A stretch of 64,000 nt of DNA from Candidatus Binatia bacterium (GTDB taxonomy: Bacteria > Desulfobacterota > Binatia > UBA9968 > JAJDTQ01), in contig OY762897.2 of NCBI GenBank assembly GCA_963666515.2, positions 2,176,001-2,240,000 on the forward strand, read 5' to 3'. The notes under the pieces were generated by a model. That model had not been told where the DNA came from. It made no database searches and saw nothing but the letters and a program-made list of their open reading frames with translations. A program made the position numbers and the translations under genes. This document shows, one piece after another, positions 1 through 10,267 of the stretch (the stretch's first letter is position 1; each line of letters starts with the position of its first letter).

Positions 1-183
1 GGCAGCGGCGCCACCACGATCAACGACCAACGCATGGAATGGACCGAGGGCGACTTCTTCACCGTGCCGCTGTGGTCCTGGCACCAGCACGAGAACGGCA
101 ACAAGGACGAGGCCATCCTGTTCTCAGTCAACGACCGCCCGGTGAAGGAGGCCTTCGGCCTCTACCGGGAAGAGCGTGCGTAG
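1..183 (+). CDS. Cupin-domain protein, gentisate 1,2-dioxygenase-like (partial, C-terminus only)
   Basis: Frame 1 from the window edge reads GSGATTINDQRMEWTEGDFFTVPLWSWHQHENG...ILFSVNDRPVKEAFGLYREERA*, a typical C-terminal cupin motif; stop TAG at 181-183. Confidence 0.75.
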   Translation, partial: GSGATTINDQRMEWTEGDFFTVPLWSWHQHENGNKDEAILFSVNDRPVKEAFGLYREERA

Positions 184-211
184 TATCGGAATCCAAGGAA
201 GGAGCATTCCC

Positions 212-1327
212 ATGAGCAAAGCCGCCGCCATCGACACCTCAACCGGAGCGGAGCGGAACCTGAATGAAGCCTCCGGCTTCGCGCCCATCAGCCCCTACGA
301 GATCTACCAGCAGTGGGAAGGTATCCCCGTGTACAAGGGGTTCATCATCGACGACCTGCTGGAGCTGGAGCTGGGCGACTGGGCTCGCACCGGCGGCAAG
401 GGCGCGTTCGTGAACCTCGACGGCGCCGGCGGCACCTGTGACACGGTGATCCAGGAGATCGCCCCGGGCGGGGAGCTGCGGCCGCAGCACCACCTGTTCG
501 AGGAAGCGGTGTTCATCCTGTCCGGCCAGGGCGCCACCACCCTGTGGAACGAGGGCGGCCGGAAGCACACGCTGGAGTGGCAGAAGGGAAGCCTGTTCTC
601 GATCCCGCTCAACGCCTGGTTCCAGCACTTCAACGCCCAGGGGCGGGAGCCGGTGCGGATGATCTCGCTGACCGACGCCACCGTGATCATCAACCGCTAC
701 CGGAACCTGGACTACATCTTCAACAACCCGTTCACCTTCGGCGACCGCTACGCCGGCGACGCCAACGAGTGGGGCAAGCCCGGACGGTATCTCGAAGGGG
801 TGAAGAAGGGCCGCGTGTGGGAATCCAACTTCATCGCGGACCTGTGGCAGTTCTCGCCCAAGGACTACAAAGAGCGCGGCGGCGGCAACCGCACCACGCT
901 TTTCGAGTTCGTCGACAACACCATGAGCGCGCACCTCTCGGAGTTCCCCGTGGGCAAGTACAAGAAGGCCCACCGCCACGGCGCCGGCGCCCACATCATC
1001 ATGCTGACCGGCTCCGGCTACTCGTTCCTGTGGGAGGAAGACGCGCCGCGGAAGCGCGTGGAATGGGGCCGCATGAGCATGTTCGTGCCGCCCATCCAGT
1101 GGTGGCACCAGCACTTCAACAACGGCGCCGAGCCCGCGCGCTACCTGGCGCTCAAGCCGTGGGGTTTCAAGTACAAGGTGGAGGAGTTGAAGGACACCGG
1201 CGAGGACGTGAAGAAAGGCGGCGCGCAGATCGAGTACCAGGACCAGGATCCGGAGATCCACCGGGTCTTCGTGGAGGAGTGCCGCAAGAGCGGCGCCGAG
1301 GTGGACATGGCGCAGTTCGGGTTCTGA
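212..1327 (+). CDS. Bicupin protein (putative dioxygenase-like)
   Basis: Two cupin motifs (QHHLFEEAVFILSGQG...WFQHFN; AHRHGAGAHIIMLTGSGYS...WWHQHFN); AGGAG RBS before ATG 212. Confidence 0.8.
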   Translation: MSKAAAIDTSTGAERNLNEASGFAPISPYEIYQQWEGIPVYKGFIIDDLLELELGDWARTGGKGAFVNLDGAGGTCDTVIQEIAPGGELRPQHHLFEEAVFILSGQGATTLWNEGGRKHTLEWQKGSLFSIPLNAWFQHFNAQGREPVRMISLTDATVIINRYRNLDYIFNNPFTFGDRYAGDANEWGKPGRYLEGVKKGRVWESNFIADLWQFSPKDYKERGGGNRTTLFEFVDNTMSAHLSEFPVGKYKKAHRHGAGAHIIMLTGSGYSFLWEEDAPRKRVEWGRMSMFVPPIQWWHQHFNNGAEPARYLALKPWGFKYKVEELKDTGEDVKKGGAQIEYQDQDPEIHRVFVEECRKSGAEVDMAQFGF

Positions 1328-1351
1328 CGGACTGCCGGGGACGGGCGGCCT

Positions 1352-3166
1352 CTAACGGTCTTCCCGGAGCCGGCGCCGCAGCGCCTTGGTGGCTTCGGGG
1401 TCCACCTCGCTGGCCTCACCCTCCAACGCCACGCCGTAGATGCTCCTGGCCGCCTCCTCGGAGACCGCGCCGTCCATCACGTCGGCCCGCACCCGGCCGG
1501 GCTCCCGGGCCAGCGGGTCGCCGTAGCCGCCGCCGCTGGCCACCCGCATGTAGAGCACGTCCCCTTCGTTGAACTCGAAGTTGCAGTACGGCAGCACCCG
1601 TTCCGTTCCGCCGACCTCGTCCAGGTCCACGGCGTTCCGGTCCCGCTCCATGACCTCGCGGACCCGCGTTCCCTCCCTCAGCACGATGACGCTGGGGGCT
1701 CCGGGATAGCCGCCGTACATGCCGTGGCCGGAGTTGCGGAGTCCCGCCACCCCGTAGGCGACACCCCCCAACCTCCCCTCTCCCGCGTCGTGGGGCGTGT
1801 GGGCCGTCTCCACCGCCAGTCCGCCCCGGAACTTCCCCGGACCCGCGGAGTCCGTCGCGTGGCGGCGGAACAGGTAGAGCACGGGGAAGTTCAGCTCGAA
1901 CCATTCGGCGTTGGGACAGTTCATGTAGGTGCCGCCGGAGTCGATGCCGTCGCGGTAGACCCGGGCGCCGTTGCCGTCCATGGCGCCGTGGGCGAGGTTG
2001 AACACGCAGTAGCGTCCGTACTGGTTCACGCCGGAGTGCTTGCCGTTCCGGTGGCTGGCGTTGGGGGTCACGATCTCTTCCTTCCAGCGTTCGTGGGTGC
2101 CGAGCATCTGCATCAAGACCGAGCTGGCCAGGAAGCCCACGCCGAAGCCGCAAGAGGTGGTGTTCATGGACACCGGAGCCGGGTACCGGACGTTCACCAG
2201 AGTCCCATCGGGGGCGATGACCTCCAGCGGCCTCAGCACGCCGTGGTTCTTGGGGAGATCGTACACCAGCGTGGTCAGCACCGCGGCGAAGCAGAACCCG
2301 GCGGTGCCGTGGAGCGGCAGGTTGACGCCGGTCGAAGCCTGGGGATCGGTGCCGGTGAAGTCGAAGACCAGCCGGTCGCCGCGCTTGCGCAGCGTGACCT
2401 TCATGCGCCAAGTCTCCTGCGCCTCCAGCGCCAACTCCTCGGTCCACTCGCCGTCCTCGAACGAGGCGATGCGCTCCCGCAGGATCGCCTCGGTGTAGCG
2501 GATCATCTCGTTGCCCACCGACTCCAACAGCTCCGGACCGTAGTGGTCGTACATCTCGCCCAGCCGCGCCTTGGCCACGTTGTTGGCAGCGATCTCGCAC
2601 TTGAAGTCCAGGCCAACCATGCCCGGCTGGCGGGTCATGTTGGTCAGCGTGTCGAACACGTCCTGGCGCAGCCTGCCCCGCTCCACCAGCTTGATGCCCG
2701 GGACCCGCAACCCCTCGTGAAAGATCTCGGTAGCGTCGGGGGAGTCGCCCCCCGGCGAATTGGCGCCGACGTCGTTCACGTGGACGAAGGTGGCGCTCCA
2801 GGCCACCAGGCGGCCGCTGTGGTGGATCGGCGCAATGACGTAGACGTCGGATTGATGGATGGCGGCGAGGTAGGGATCGTTCAGCAGGAAGACGTCGTCC
2901 TCGAACACCTCATCGGGCGGAAAGCGCTCGATGATGCTCTTGACCGCGCAGCTTGCGCAGGCCACGTGCTGCCCCAGTGTAGCGCCGGCGCAGAGGATCT
3001 CCCCGTCCGGGCGGTAGAGGGAGGCCATGTAGTCCCGTTGCTGCGTGGTGTTGACGGTGCCGCCGGTGCGCTCCAGGGTGATGCCCATCTCGCGGGTCAC
3101 CTGGTGCAGACGGTGCGAGAGTATCTCGAAGGTCACGGGATCGACGCCGCGGATTCGCGTGTCCAT
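1352..3166 (-). CDS. Hydantoinase B / oxoprolinase family subunit
   Basis: DPVTFEILSHRL N-terminus, LLNDPY..H..D, HVNDVG, EIFHEG, GGGYGDPL motifs. Confidence 0.9.
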   Translation of the reverse strand: MDTRIRGVDPVTFEILSHRLHQVTREMGITLERTGGTVNTTQQRDYMASLYRPDGEILCAGATLGQHVACASCAVKSIIERFPPDEVFEDDVFLLNDPYLAAIHQSDVYVIAPIHHSGRLVAWSATFVHVNDVGANSPGGDSPDATEIFHEGLRVPGIKLVERGRLRQDVFDTLTNMTRQPGMVGLDFKCEIAANNVAKARLGEMYDHYGPELLESVGNEMIRYTEAILRERIASFEDGEWTEELALEAQETWRMKVTLRKRGDRLVFDFTGTDPQASTGVNLPLHGTAGFCFAAVLTTLVYDLPKNHGVLRPLEVIAPDGTLVNVRYPAPVSMNTTSCGFGVGFLASSVLMQMLGTHERWKEEIVTPNASHRNGKHSGVNQYGRYCVFNLAHGAMDGNGARVYRDGIDSGGTYMNCPNAEWFELNFPVLYLFRRHATDSAGPGKFRGGLAVETAHTPHDAGEGRLGGVAYGVAGLRNSGHGMYGGYPGAPSVIVLREGTRVREVMERDRNAVDLDEVGGTERVLPYCNFEFNEGDVLYMRVASGGGYGDPLAREPGRVRADVMDGAVSEEAARSIYGVALEGEASEVDPEATKALRRRLREDR

Positions 3167-3209
3167 GCAGCTCCTCGTTCCTCGCCCGGCACAGTCGTAA
3201 CCGGGCTTT

Positions 3210-3238
3210 CTGGATTCCGGCTTTCGCCGGAATGACGG
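3210..3238. repeat. REP-like palindromic repeat CTGGATTCCGGCTTTCGCCGGAATGACGG
   Basis: ATTCCGGC-TTTC-GCCGGAAT hairpin; near-identical copies at 6672, 6739, 37386 and 41740. Confidence 0.9.
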
Positions 3239-3240
3239 GA

Positions 3241-5358
3241 CTACTGGCCGATGAGCAGCCTGACGTTGCGGTACTCGTCCATCACCGCCCGGTCGCCGGG
3301 GTTTATCACGATGGTGGTCACCGGCGTCTCGATGACGGCCGGTCCGGCGATCTCGTTTCCGGGTTGCAAGGGTTCGAAGCCGTACACCGGGGTCGCGCGT
3401 GATTCCTCGTACTCCTCGAAGAAGACCTTCCGGCTCCCCTTGACCGCTCCGCCTGCATCGCCCGACGACAACGGGTAGCGCTGCGGCCGGGGCTTGTCCA
3501 GCGCGCCGGTGGCGGTGAGCCGGAAGTTCATGATCTCCTTGCCGGCCTCGCGGTAGCCGGAGCCCTGGCCGTAGGTCCGTTCGTACAGGTCGTCGAAACG
3601 TTCGTACACGCCCTCCAGCTCCTGCTCCGAAAGCGGCTCCGCGCCCTCGGGCATACCCACGTTCAGCTCGTGCACCTGGTAACGGTACCGCATGTCAAGG
3701 CTTCTCTCGATGCGGACGCCCTCGCCCTCGAATCCGGCGGCGGCCAGGTCCGCGCGGGCGCGCCGCACCAGCTCGTCGAAGTTCCGGTTGACGCGCCCGC
3801 GGTCCGCGGGAACCGGCAGCCGGTCTGACTTGCCGTACTGGTAGACGATGTCCGAGCTGACCAGGCCGGTGGCGCTGTGCACCGACGCCGTCAGCGGCAC
3901 CACTACCTGCTTGATGCCCAGCTCCGCGGCGTAGCGGGCCGCGTGCACCGGCCCGGCGCCGCCGAACGCGAACAGGGTGAAGTCACGAGGGTCGTAGCCC
4001 CGCTCCACCGTGGCCCGCCGGATGAGGTCGCTCATGTGGGCGTTGATGATGCGGAAGATGCCGGCGGCCGCGGCCTCCACGGACAGTCCCAGGGGCTGTG
4101 CGACCTTCTCCTCGACGGCCCGCCGCGCCCGTTCCGCATCCAGCGACATGCGCCCGCCCAGGAAGTAATCCGGGTTGAGGTAGCCGAGCACGAGGTCTGC
4201 GTCCGACACCGTGGGCTCGGTCCCGCCCAGGCCGTAGCAGGCGGGACCGGGCTGCGCGCCCGCGCCGTCCGGCCCCACCTTCAGCAATCCGGTCTGGGGG
4301 TCCGTCCAGGCGATGCTGCCGCCGCCCGCGCCGATGGACTCCACCCATATCTTGGTGGCGTAGATCTGGTGGCGCAGCAGCACGGGCTTGTAGTCCATCT
4401 CGATGGCGCCGTCCCGGATCACGCTGACCTTGAAGGTGGTGCCGCCCATGTCCGTCGCCAGGACGTCCGGCAAGTCCATGAGCCGACCGAGCCATGCGCT
4501 GCCGGAGACCCCGGCCGCCGGCCCGGACTCGATCGTGCCGATGGCGTTCCGGGCGGTGGCGTCCACGCCCAGCACGCCGCCGTAGGACTGCATGATGAGC
4601 GGCTCACCGTCGAGGCCCCGATCCCGGAGCCTGCCGCCCAGCCGCTTGATGTAGGCGGAAATGCGCGGCCCTATGCAGGCATTGAACACCGTGGTGGCGG
4701 TGCGCTCGTACTCGCCCAGGTAGGGGGCCACCTCGCTGGAGAGGCTGAGGAAGACCCCGGGGTGCTTTTTCGTGACGATGTCGGCGACGGCCCGCTCGTG
4801 GCTGTCGTTGGCGACGGACCAGATGAGGCTCACGGCGACCGCCTCCACGCCCTGCGACGCCAATTCCGCCACGGCCTTTTCCACTTGGCCCGAGTCGAGC
4901 CGCACCAGCACCGCCCCCTTGTAGTCCACCCGCTCGTCAACCTCCTTGATCAAAGGCCGAGGCACCATGGGTTCGGGCTTGTCGAGGATGGAGAGATGGA
5001 AGATCTCGGACTCTGGAACGCCGTCGGTGAAGCGCCCGCGCATGATGCGCAACGTGTCCGCGAACCCCCTGGTGGTGATCAGGCCGGTGACGGCCCCGGA
5101 GCCGGTGATGAGCGCGTTGTCGCCGATGGTGCAGGCATGGAAGAACAGCCGGGTGGATGCGAGAAGCTCGCCTTCGTCCGCCAACCCCAGGCTCTCGGCG
5201 GCGTTCCGCACCGCGTTCAACGCGCCCACCGAGTAGTCGTCGGGCGTGGAGAGGGCCTTGCCCACCGTCATTGTGCCGAGCTCGTCCATGGCGACGCAGT
5301 CGGTGAAGGTGCCGCCGATATCGACGCCGATGCAATACCCGGTTTCAGACTTAGACAT
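3241..5358 (-). CDS. Hydantoinase A / oxoprolinase family subunit
   Basis: IGVDIGGTFTD, ESGPAAG, DMGGTT, SIGAGGGS, FGGAGPVHA motifs; adjacent to the B subunit. Confidence 0.92.
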   Translation of the reverse strand: MSKSETGYCIGVDIGGTFTDCVAMDELGTMTVGKALSTPDDYSVGALNAVRNAAESLGLADEGELLASTRLFFHACTIGDNALITGSGAVTGLITTRGFADTLRIMRGRFTDGVPESEIFHLSILDKPEPMVPRPLIKEVDERVDYKGAVLVRLDSGQVEKAVAELASQGVEAVAVSLIWSVANDSHERAVADIVTKKHPGVFLSLSSEVAPYLGEYERTATTVFNACIGPRISAYIKRLGGRLRDRGLDGEPLIMQSYGGVLGVDATARNAIGTIESGPAAGVSGSAWLGRLMDLPDVLATDMGGTTFKVSVIRDGAIEMDYKPVLLRHQIYATKIWVESIGAGGGSIAWTDPQTGLLKVGPDGAGAQPGPACYGLGGTEPTVSDADLVLGYLNPDYFLGGRMSLDAERARRAVEEKVAQPLGLSVEAAAAGIFRIINAHMSDLIRRATVERGYDPRDFTLFAFGGAGPVHAARYAAELGIKQVVVPLTASVHSATGLVSSDIVYQYGKSDRLPVPADRGRVNRNFDELVRRARADLAAAGFEGEGVRIERSLDMRYRYQVHELNVGMPEGAEPLSEQELEGVYERFDDLYERTYGQGSGYREAGKEIMNFRLTATGALDKPRPQRYPLSSGDAGGAVKGSRKVFFEEYEESRATPVYGFEPLQPGNEIAGPAVIETPVTTIVINPGDRAVMDEYRNVRLLIGQ

Positions 5359-5373
5359 TACGGCCCGATTTTC

Positions 5374-6573
5374 CTACCACGCTCTTTCGAGCACCGTCAG
5401 GACTTCCTCGGGATCCGTTACCGGCCTGGGGTTGTAGATGATGTTCGGCGACACGATGACCTTTTTCGCGATGTCCGGGAGGTCGTCGCGGGGGACGCCC
5501 ACGTCCCGGAGCCGGGTGGGCAGGTCCAGGTCCCGGATCAGGCCGGCCACCGCGGACTGCGCTGATTCGGCAAGCTCGTCGTCGGTGGCGCCCTCGCCGC
5601 CCAGGGCCCGGCCAAGGGCCGCCTGGGCGCTTTGGCTCACGGAACGGTTGAACTCCATCACGTGGGGCAGCATGACGCAGGAGGTATGGCCGTGGGCGAC
5701 GCCGTGGGCGCCGAGCTGCCAGCCGATGACCTGTGACAGGCCCTTGTGCACGCCACGTCCGTGGAAGCCCACGCCCACCAGCGCCACGTGGCATTGGGTG
5801 AAGGCCTCCAGGTCCTCCGGGTTGTCCTTGCAGCGGGGCAGGTAGCGGTAGAGCAGCTCGCCGGCCTTGAGGCACATGTTGTCCACCACCGGGTTGCGGT
5901 CCACGGTGTAGAGCTTCTCCACCACGTGCTCCATGGCCTTGAGGCCGGTGGCACACCACAGGCCGGCCGGGGTGGATGAGGCGATGGCCGCGTCGAGGAT
6001 CACGGCCCTGGGCACGAGGTCGGGATGCCTCACGTGGTCCTTGAACTTCCGCTCGGGCCGGTTGATGGTCACCGACCACGTCGCCTCCGAAGCGGACAGG
6101 GTGGTGGGGATCGCCACCTGGGGGATCGGCGGGCGAGGCAATGCCGTCAGCCGCTGGTTGTCCGGCGAGGCCACGTAGCCGTCCAGTTCCTCGACCGATT
6201 CGAGGCCCTGGGCGAGTATGAACGCCACCGCCTTGCCCCAGTCGGCGACGCTGCCGCCGCCCACGGTGACGATGACGTCGGGCTCCACCTCGCGGGCCTG
6301 CCGCGCCGTGTCGAAACACAGCCAGTCGGGGGTGAACTCCGCGCTGTCGCTGCGGACCGCCGCCACCATGCCGCCGAGCCCGTCCACAATCCTGTCCACC
6401 CATTGCGTGCGCTTCTTGAGCGAACCGCTGGTCAGGAGCAGTGCCCGGGTGCAGCCCATCTCTTCCAGCAGCCCTCTCAGGCGCTCGTGGGAGCCGGGGC
6501 CCCAGATTACATGGTCCGGCACCGCGGCGCGGTCGCGCCATTCGCCCTGGAGATCATTGGCTGCCGTCGTCAT
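5374..6573 (-). CDS. Iron-containing alcohol dehydrogenase family protein
   Basis: GGGSVADWGK, IPTTLSASE, GAHGVAHG motifs; start placed at MTTAAND (6573) after a GGAGG RBS. Confidence 0.85.
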   Translation of the reverse strand: MTTAANDLQGEWRDRAAVPDHVIWGPGSHERLRGLLEEMGCTRALLLTSGSLKKRTQWVDRIVDGLGGMVAAVRSDSAEFTPDWLCFDTARQAREVEPDVIVTVGGGSVADWGKAVAFILAQGLESVEELDGYVASPDNQRLTALPRPPIPQVAIPTTLSASEATWSVTINRPERKFKDHVRHPDLVPRAVILDAAIASSTPAGLWCATGLKAMEHVVEKLYTVDRNPVVDNMCLKAGELLYRYLPRCKDNPEDLEAFTQCHVALVGVGFHGRGVHKGLSQVIGWQLGAHGVAHGHTSCVMLPHVMEFNRSVSQSAQAALGRALGGEGATDDELAESAQSAVAGLIRDLDLPTRLRDVGVPRDDLPDIAKKVIVSPNIIYNPRPVTDPEEVLTVLERAW

Positions 6574-6671
6574 GGATGAACCTCCCCTCTCCGGTTCGGG
6601 GATGGTTGCACGCCCGGTTGATGGCGTCAAACCGGGTCATTCATGACCATGAAATAGCGCCCAGGTGTTCC

Positions 6672-6810
6672 CCGTCATTCCGGCGAAAGCCGGAATCCAG
6701 ACGGGGCGAGACTGTAGCCTGCACCGTCGCCTCCTCCCCTGGATTCCGGCTTTCGCCGAAATGACGGAGAAGAAGTCCAGAATGACGGGGAGGGGATACG
6801 GAATGACGGG
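6672..6810. repeat. Cluster of REP-like palindromes (inverted doublet plus two partial copies)
   Basis: Reverse copy 6672-6700 and forward copy 6739-6767 face each other; partial GAATGACGGG tails at ~6780 and ~6801. Confidence 0.85.
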
Positions 6811-6880
6811 TTCAATGTGAAGGCACGGGCTTGCCACACCCGGATGACTGTGCGAGAAGTGAGGGCCGGAGGGAACGATC

Positions 6881-8011
6881 ATGAGCGAGCGAATCATCTC
6901 GGCTGACGGACACATGGACCTCTTCTATCTCGACGAGGATACCTTCCGGTCCCGGGCTCCGGCGAACCTGAAGGACCGAGTGCCCAACGTACATACGGTG
7001 GACGGGAAGCCCACGTGGGTGGGCGACGGCGCGGTGATGGGCGGGCATCGGGCTTGGATGGGCAGGCAGCCCATGACCAACCACCGGGGGCGGCGGATGC
7101 GCGAGGCCGGGTGGGAACCCACGCACCCTTCGGACCCGAAGTTGCGGGCCAAGGACATGGAAATCGACAACATCGCGGCCGAGGTCATCTACGGCATCCG
7201 CTTCGTGGAGGACAGCATCAAGGACCCGGACGTGATCACCGCCACCTACCGGGCCTACAACGACTTCATCGCCGAGTTCTGCGAGTACGATGCCAACCGC
7301 TTCATCGGCATCGCGGATATCCCGGCCCACTCGCCCGACGCCGCGGCCGCGGAGGTCCGCCGCATCGGCAGGAACGGGTTGGGGCTCAAGGGCGCGCTGT
7401 TCGACTTCTTCAACGGCCCCGCGCCCATCTGGCACGAGATGTGGGAGCCCATGTGGGCCGCGGCCGAGGAGGAGGAAGTGGCGCTGTCGTTCCACATCGG
7501 AGCGGGCCACGGCACCACCACGGTGGGACCCCGGAGCGCGGAGGAGAAGCTCAGGGGCGATACCCCGAAGGTTTCCCGGGAAGCGCACATCGCGGTGGTG
7601 GCGATGCAGGCCGACGAGTGCCTCGTGTCGATCATTCTGTGCGGCGCGCTGGAGCGCCATCCCGCCCTCAAGGTGGTCATGGCCGAGAGCCACATCGGCT
7701 GGATCCCCTACGTGCTGGAGCGGCTCGACACCAAGTTCCGGGAAGGCGAGTACGAGGGCATGATCAGCACGCCGCCGAGCACGCTGTTCCAGCGCCAGAT
7801 GTGGGCCACGTTCCAGGACGACAAGGTCGGCGCGCAGCTTGCGGAAGAATACGCCCCGGAAAACTTCTGCTGGGCGTCGGACTATCCCCACCGGGACGGC
7901 ATCTGGCCCGACTCGCAGGAGTTCATCGCCCAGACCATGGGCGGGTTGAGCGACAGGATGCGCAAGCGGCTTACCGCGGACAACGTGGCGCGGTTGTACA
8001 ATATCCAGTAG
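6881..8011 (+). CDS. Amidohydrolase family protein (Amidohydro_2)
   Basis: IISADGH, SFHIG, AESHIGWIP, WASDYPH motifs. Confidence 0.9.
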   Translation: MSERIISADGHMDLFYLDEDTFRSRAPANLKDRVPNVHTVDGKPTWVGDGAVMGGHRAWMGRQPMTNHRGRRMREAGWEPTHPSDPKLRAKDMEIDNIAAEVIYGIRFVEDSIKDPDVITATYRAYNDFIAEFCEYDANRFIGIADIPAHSPDAAAAEVRRIGRNGLGLKGALFDFFNGPAPIWHEMWEPMWAAAEEEEVALSFHIGAGHGTTTVGPRSAEEKLRGDTPKVSREAHIAVVAMQADECLVSIILCGALERHPALKVVMAESHIGWIPYVLERLDTKFREGEYEGMISTPPSTLFQRQMWATFQDDKVGAQLAEEYAPENFCWASDYPHRDGIWPDSQEFIAQTMGGLSDRMRKRLTADNVARLYNIQ

Positions 8012-8018
8012 TCCGTCG

Positions 8019-8645
8019 CTACAGGATCCTGATCTTCGCGCGGTTGTAGGCGGCCATGGAGGCGGCTGACGCGCGGCTCTGCGGGTAGTCGGCGGCGTCG
8101 AGGCTCCACACCATGGTGTCGCGCGCGAGACCGTCGGCGTCGGTCTTGTTGCCGTAGAGGGTCGAGCGGTGGACGTAGCCGAGCTTCTCGGCCACCCGGG
8201 CGCTGGCTTGGTTGCGCGGGTCGCAACGTATCTCGACCCGCTCCACCCGGTTGATCTCGAAGGCCACCCGCGTGAGCGCGCCCGTGGACTCGGTGGCCAA
8301 GCCCTGGTTGGCGTGGGGCTGGGCGATCCAGTAGCCGATCTCCCGCGCGTCCTTGTTCTCCCGGGTGTGCAGGCCGGTGCCGCCGATGATGCGTACGCCG
8401 TCGGCGCCGAAGATGCCGTAGACGTAGTCCCGCCGTGACAGGAAGTCGTCCCGGAACCGCCGCAGCCGCTCCGTCTTCATCTCCAGCGATTCCGGCTCCT
8501 GCCGCGCCCAGTCCATCCACGGGCGCAGGTAGTCCAGGTTGTCGTTGATCGCCCGCTGCAGCAGGTTGGCGTCCGTCGGATGCCAGCAACGGAGGATCAG
8601 GCGCGGCGTGTGAATGCTGTATGCCAGTCCCGAGGGGCGAGCCAT
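8019..8645 (-). CDS. GNAT N-acetyltransferase, RimJ/RimL-like
   Basis: TPRLILR, EIGYW, QGLATE, N.ASARVAEKLGY motifs. Confidence 0.88.
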   Translation of the reverse strand: MARPSGLAYSIHTPRLILRCWHPTDANLLQRAINDNLDYLRPWMDWARQEPESLEMKTERLRRFRDDFLSRRDYVYGIFGADGVRIIGGTGLHTRENKDAREIGYWIAQPHANQGLATESTGALTRVAFEINRVERVEIRCDPRNQASARVAEKLGYVHRSTLYGNKTDADGLARDTMVWSLDAADYPQSRASAASMAAYNRAKIRIL

Positions 8646-8700
8646 CTACCCGGTGTCCTGCCTCGAGGCCCGCCCCTCGGCGGCGGAAACGTGGCGCCCG

Positions 8701-9741
8701 CTACTTCTTGACAGCAAAGGTCTTCTTGATGGTGGACATCAGCTCCGGCGGCAGCTTGGCGATGTTGGCCACGAGCCGTTCCACCTCCTCGCCGGAGACG
8801 GGCGTGATGTCGAACTTGCCCTTTGCCTCGGCCAGGAGCTTGGGGTCCTTGGTGGCGGCGTCGAACGCCCGGCGCAGGATCATCACCCGGTCCTTGGGCG
8901 TCCCCGGAGGAAGCGAGTAGGGCCGGTTGAGCGAGCCGCCGATATCGTGGACCACGGTCTTCATGACCACCCTTCCCTCCTCGGTCTTCATCTGGTCGAT
9001 GCCCAGGGGCACCTTGGTGAGGTCGTAATGGGGCTTGTCCACGAATTGCAGCAGCACGCGCACGTCGCCGCTCTTCAGCGCCGCGGCCCAGGGGTTCTTG
9101 AGTCCTTCCCAACTCGCGCACACGCCGCCTACCTCGCCCCGCTCCGCCGCCAGCCGCACCGGCGCCGTGCCGCCGTAGCCCTCGATGAGCTTGAGGGGAA
9201 GGTCCGTGTGCTTGCCCAGGATCATCGGGATGTCCGACATGGTGGAGCCGGGCCGCTGGCCGCCGAACTTGAGCGGCTGCTTGGCCGTGCGCCAGGCTGC
9301 CAGGTCGGCGACGCCGCTGGTCTTGTGGGCCATGCATACGTTGTGGATGCGCACCGGCGCGCCGACCCACTCGAACTTGGCCGCGTCGAACTTCACCCCC
9401 TTGTCCCCCAGGTACTGCTGCAGGATGAGGCCGCCGATCCACATACCCATGGTCAGCCCGTCGGGCTTGGCCTTGTTGTACATGTAGTTGGCGGTGATGC
9501 GGCCGCCGGCTCCGGGGCGGTTCTGGACGATCATCGTGGGGTTGCCCGGTATATGCCTGGGCATGTGCCGGGCCATCATTCGCGAGTAGGCGTCAAAACC
9601 GCCGCCGGGGGAGGCCGCGACCATGATGTGCATGGTCTTGCCGGCGAAGAAGCTGTCGGCGGCATGCGTTGCCGAAGCGAAAGCGAAAATGGCAAGGGCC
9701 GCGAAAAGAGACAAAGACGAAAGCACGAGTTTCCGGGTCAT
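8701..9741 (-). CDS. Tripartite tricarboxylate transporter substrate-binding protein (Bug/TctC family)
   Basis: Signal peptide, PGGGFDAYSR, NRPGAGG, PDGLT, GYGGT motifs. Confidence 0.88.
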   Translation of the reverse strand: MTRKLVLSSLSLFAALAIFAFASATHAADSFFAGKTMHIMVAASPGGGFDAYSRMMARHMPRHIPGNPTMIVQNRPGAGGRITANYMYNKAKPDGLTMGMWIGGLILQQYLGDKGVKFDAAKFEWVGAPVRIHNVCMAHKTSGVADLAAWRTAKQPLKFGGQRPGSTMSDIPMILGKHTDLPLKLIEGYGGTAPVRLAAERGEVGGVCASWEGLKNPWAAALKSGDVRVLLQFVDKPHYDLTKVPLGIDQMKTEEGRVVMKTVVHDIGGSLNRPYSLPPGTPKDRVMILRRAFDAATKDPKLLAEAKGKFDITPVSGEEVERLVANIAKLPPELMSTIKKTFAVKK

Positions 9742-9820
9742 GGCGTCCTCCAGTGTCGTCGCGGTTGACGGGTGTTTGAAACAACAACGGTCAAGTTGCC
9801 TACCCTATACCACAGGCACC

Positions 9821-10213
9821 CTATTGCGATTCAAACGGATAATGGCCTATGGACATGAGCCGCACGGCTGGCAGCTTCCTCAGTTGCCGGTTGAGCGGAT
9901 CGACTTCGATCCCCAGGGACTCCAGTGCCGTTACCCCGAGCAGCGGCTCGGTGTTCGCATCGCCGAAAAGGACCGTGCCCCCGACGACCTCTCCCATGAG
10001 CTCGATTCGCGCAACCGCGACGTCCATCGCAACTTCACTGCCGTTCGCCAGCAGGTATCTCCGCTGCCCTTCGGGCTCGATACCGATGGCTTCCAGGTGT
10101 TGCCTCGGGACGACGCTGTCGGTGGCGCCCGTGTCCACCACGAAGACCCCTTCCCAGGCCTTGTCCCGGTCGGCGGGGTTGCTGATGACTACTTTGGCGT
10201 TGACGACACCCAT
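9821..10213 (-). CDS. Clan AA aspartic protease (retropepsin-like, single domain)
   Basis: VVDTGAT catalytic motif and LLGVTALE motif in 130 aa. Confidence 0.85.
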   Translation of the reverse strand: MGVVNAKVVISNPADRDKAWEGVFVVDTGATDSVVPRQHLEAIGIEPEGQRRYLLANGSEVAMDVAVARIELMGEVVGGTVLFGDANTEPLLGVTALESLGIEVDPLNRQLRKLPAVRLMSIGHYPFESQ

Positions 10214-10267
10214 CTTGCATTCCTCCTTCCCCCGGGCCGGATAACTGGCTCCGGCGCCGGACCCGGC

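Noticed and set aside
6672-6810. Possible CRISPR array or RNA gene
   Set aside because: Repeats are inverted, irregular and match the dispersed REP-like family; no constant repeat-spacer period and no cas genes.
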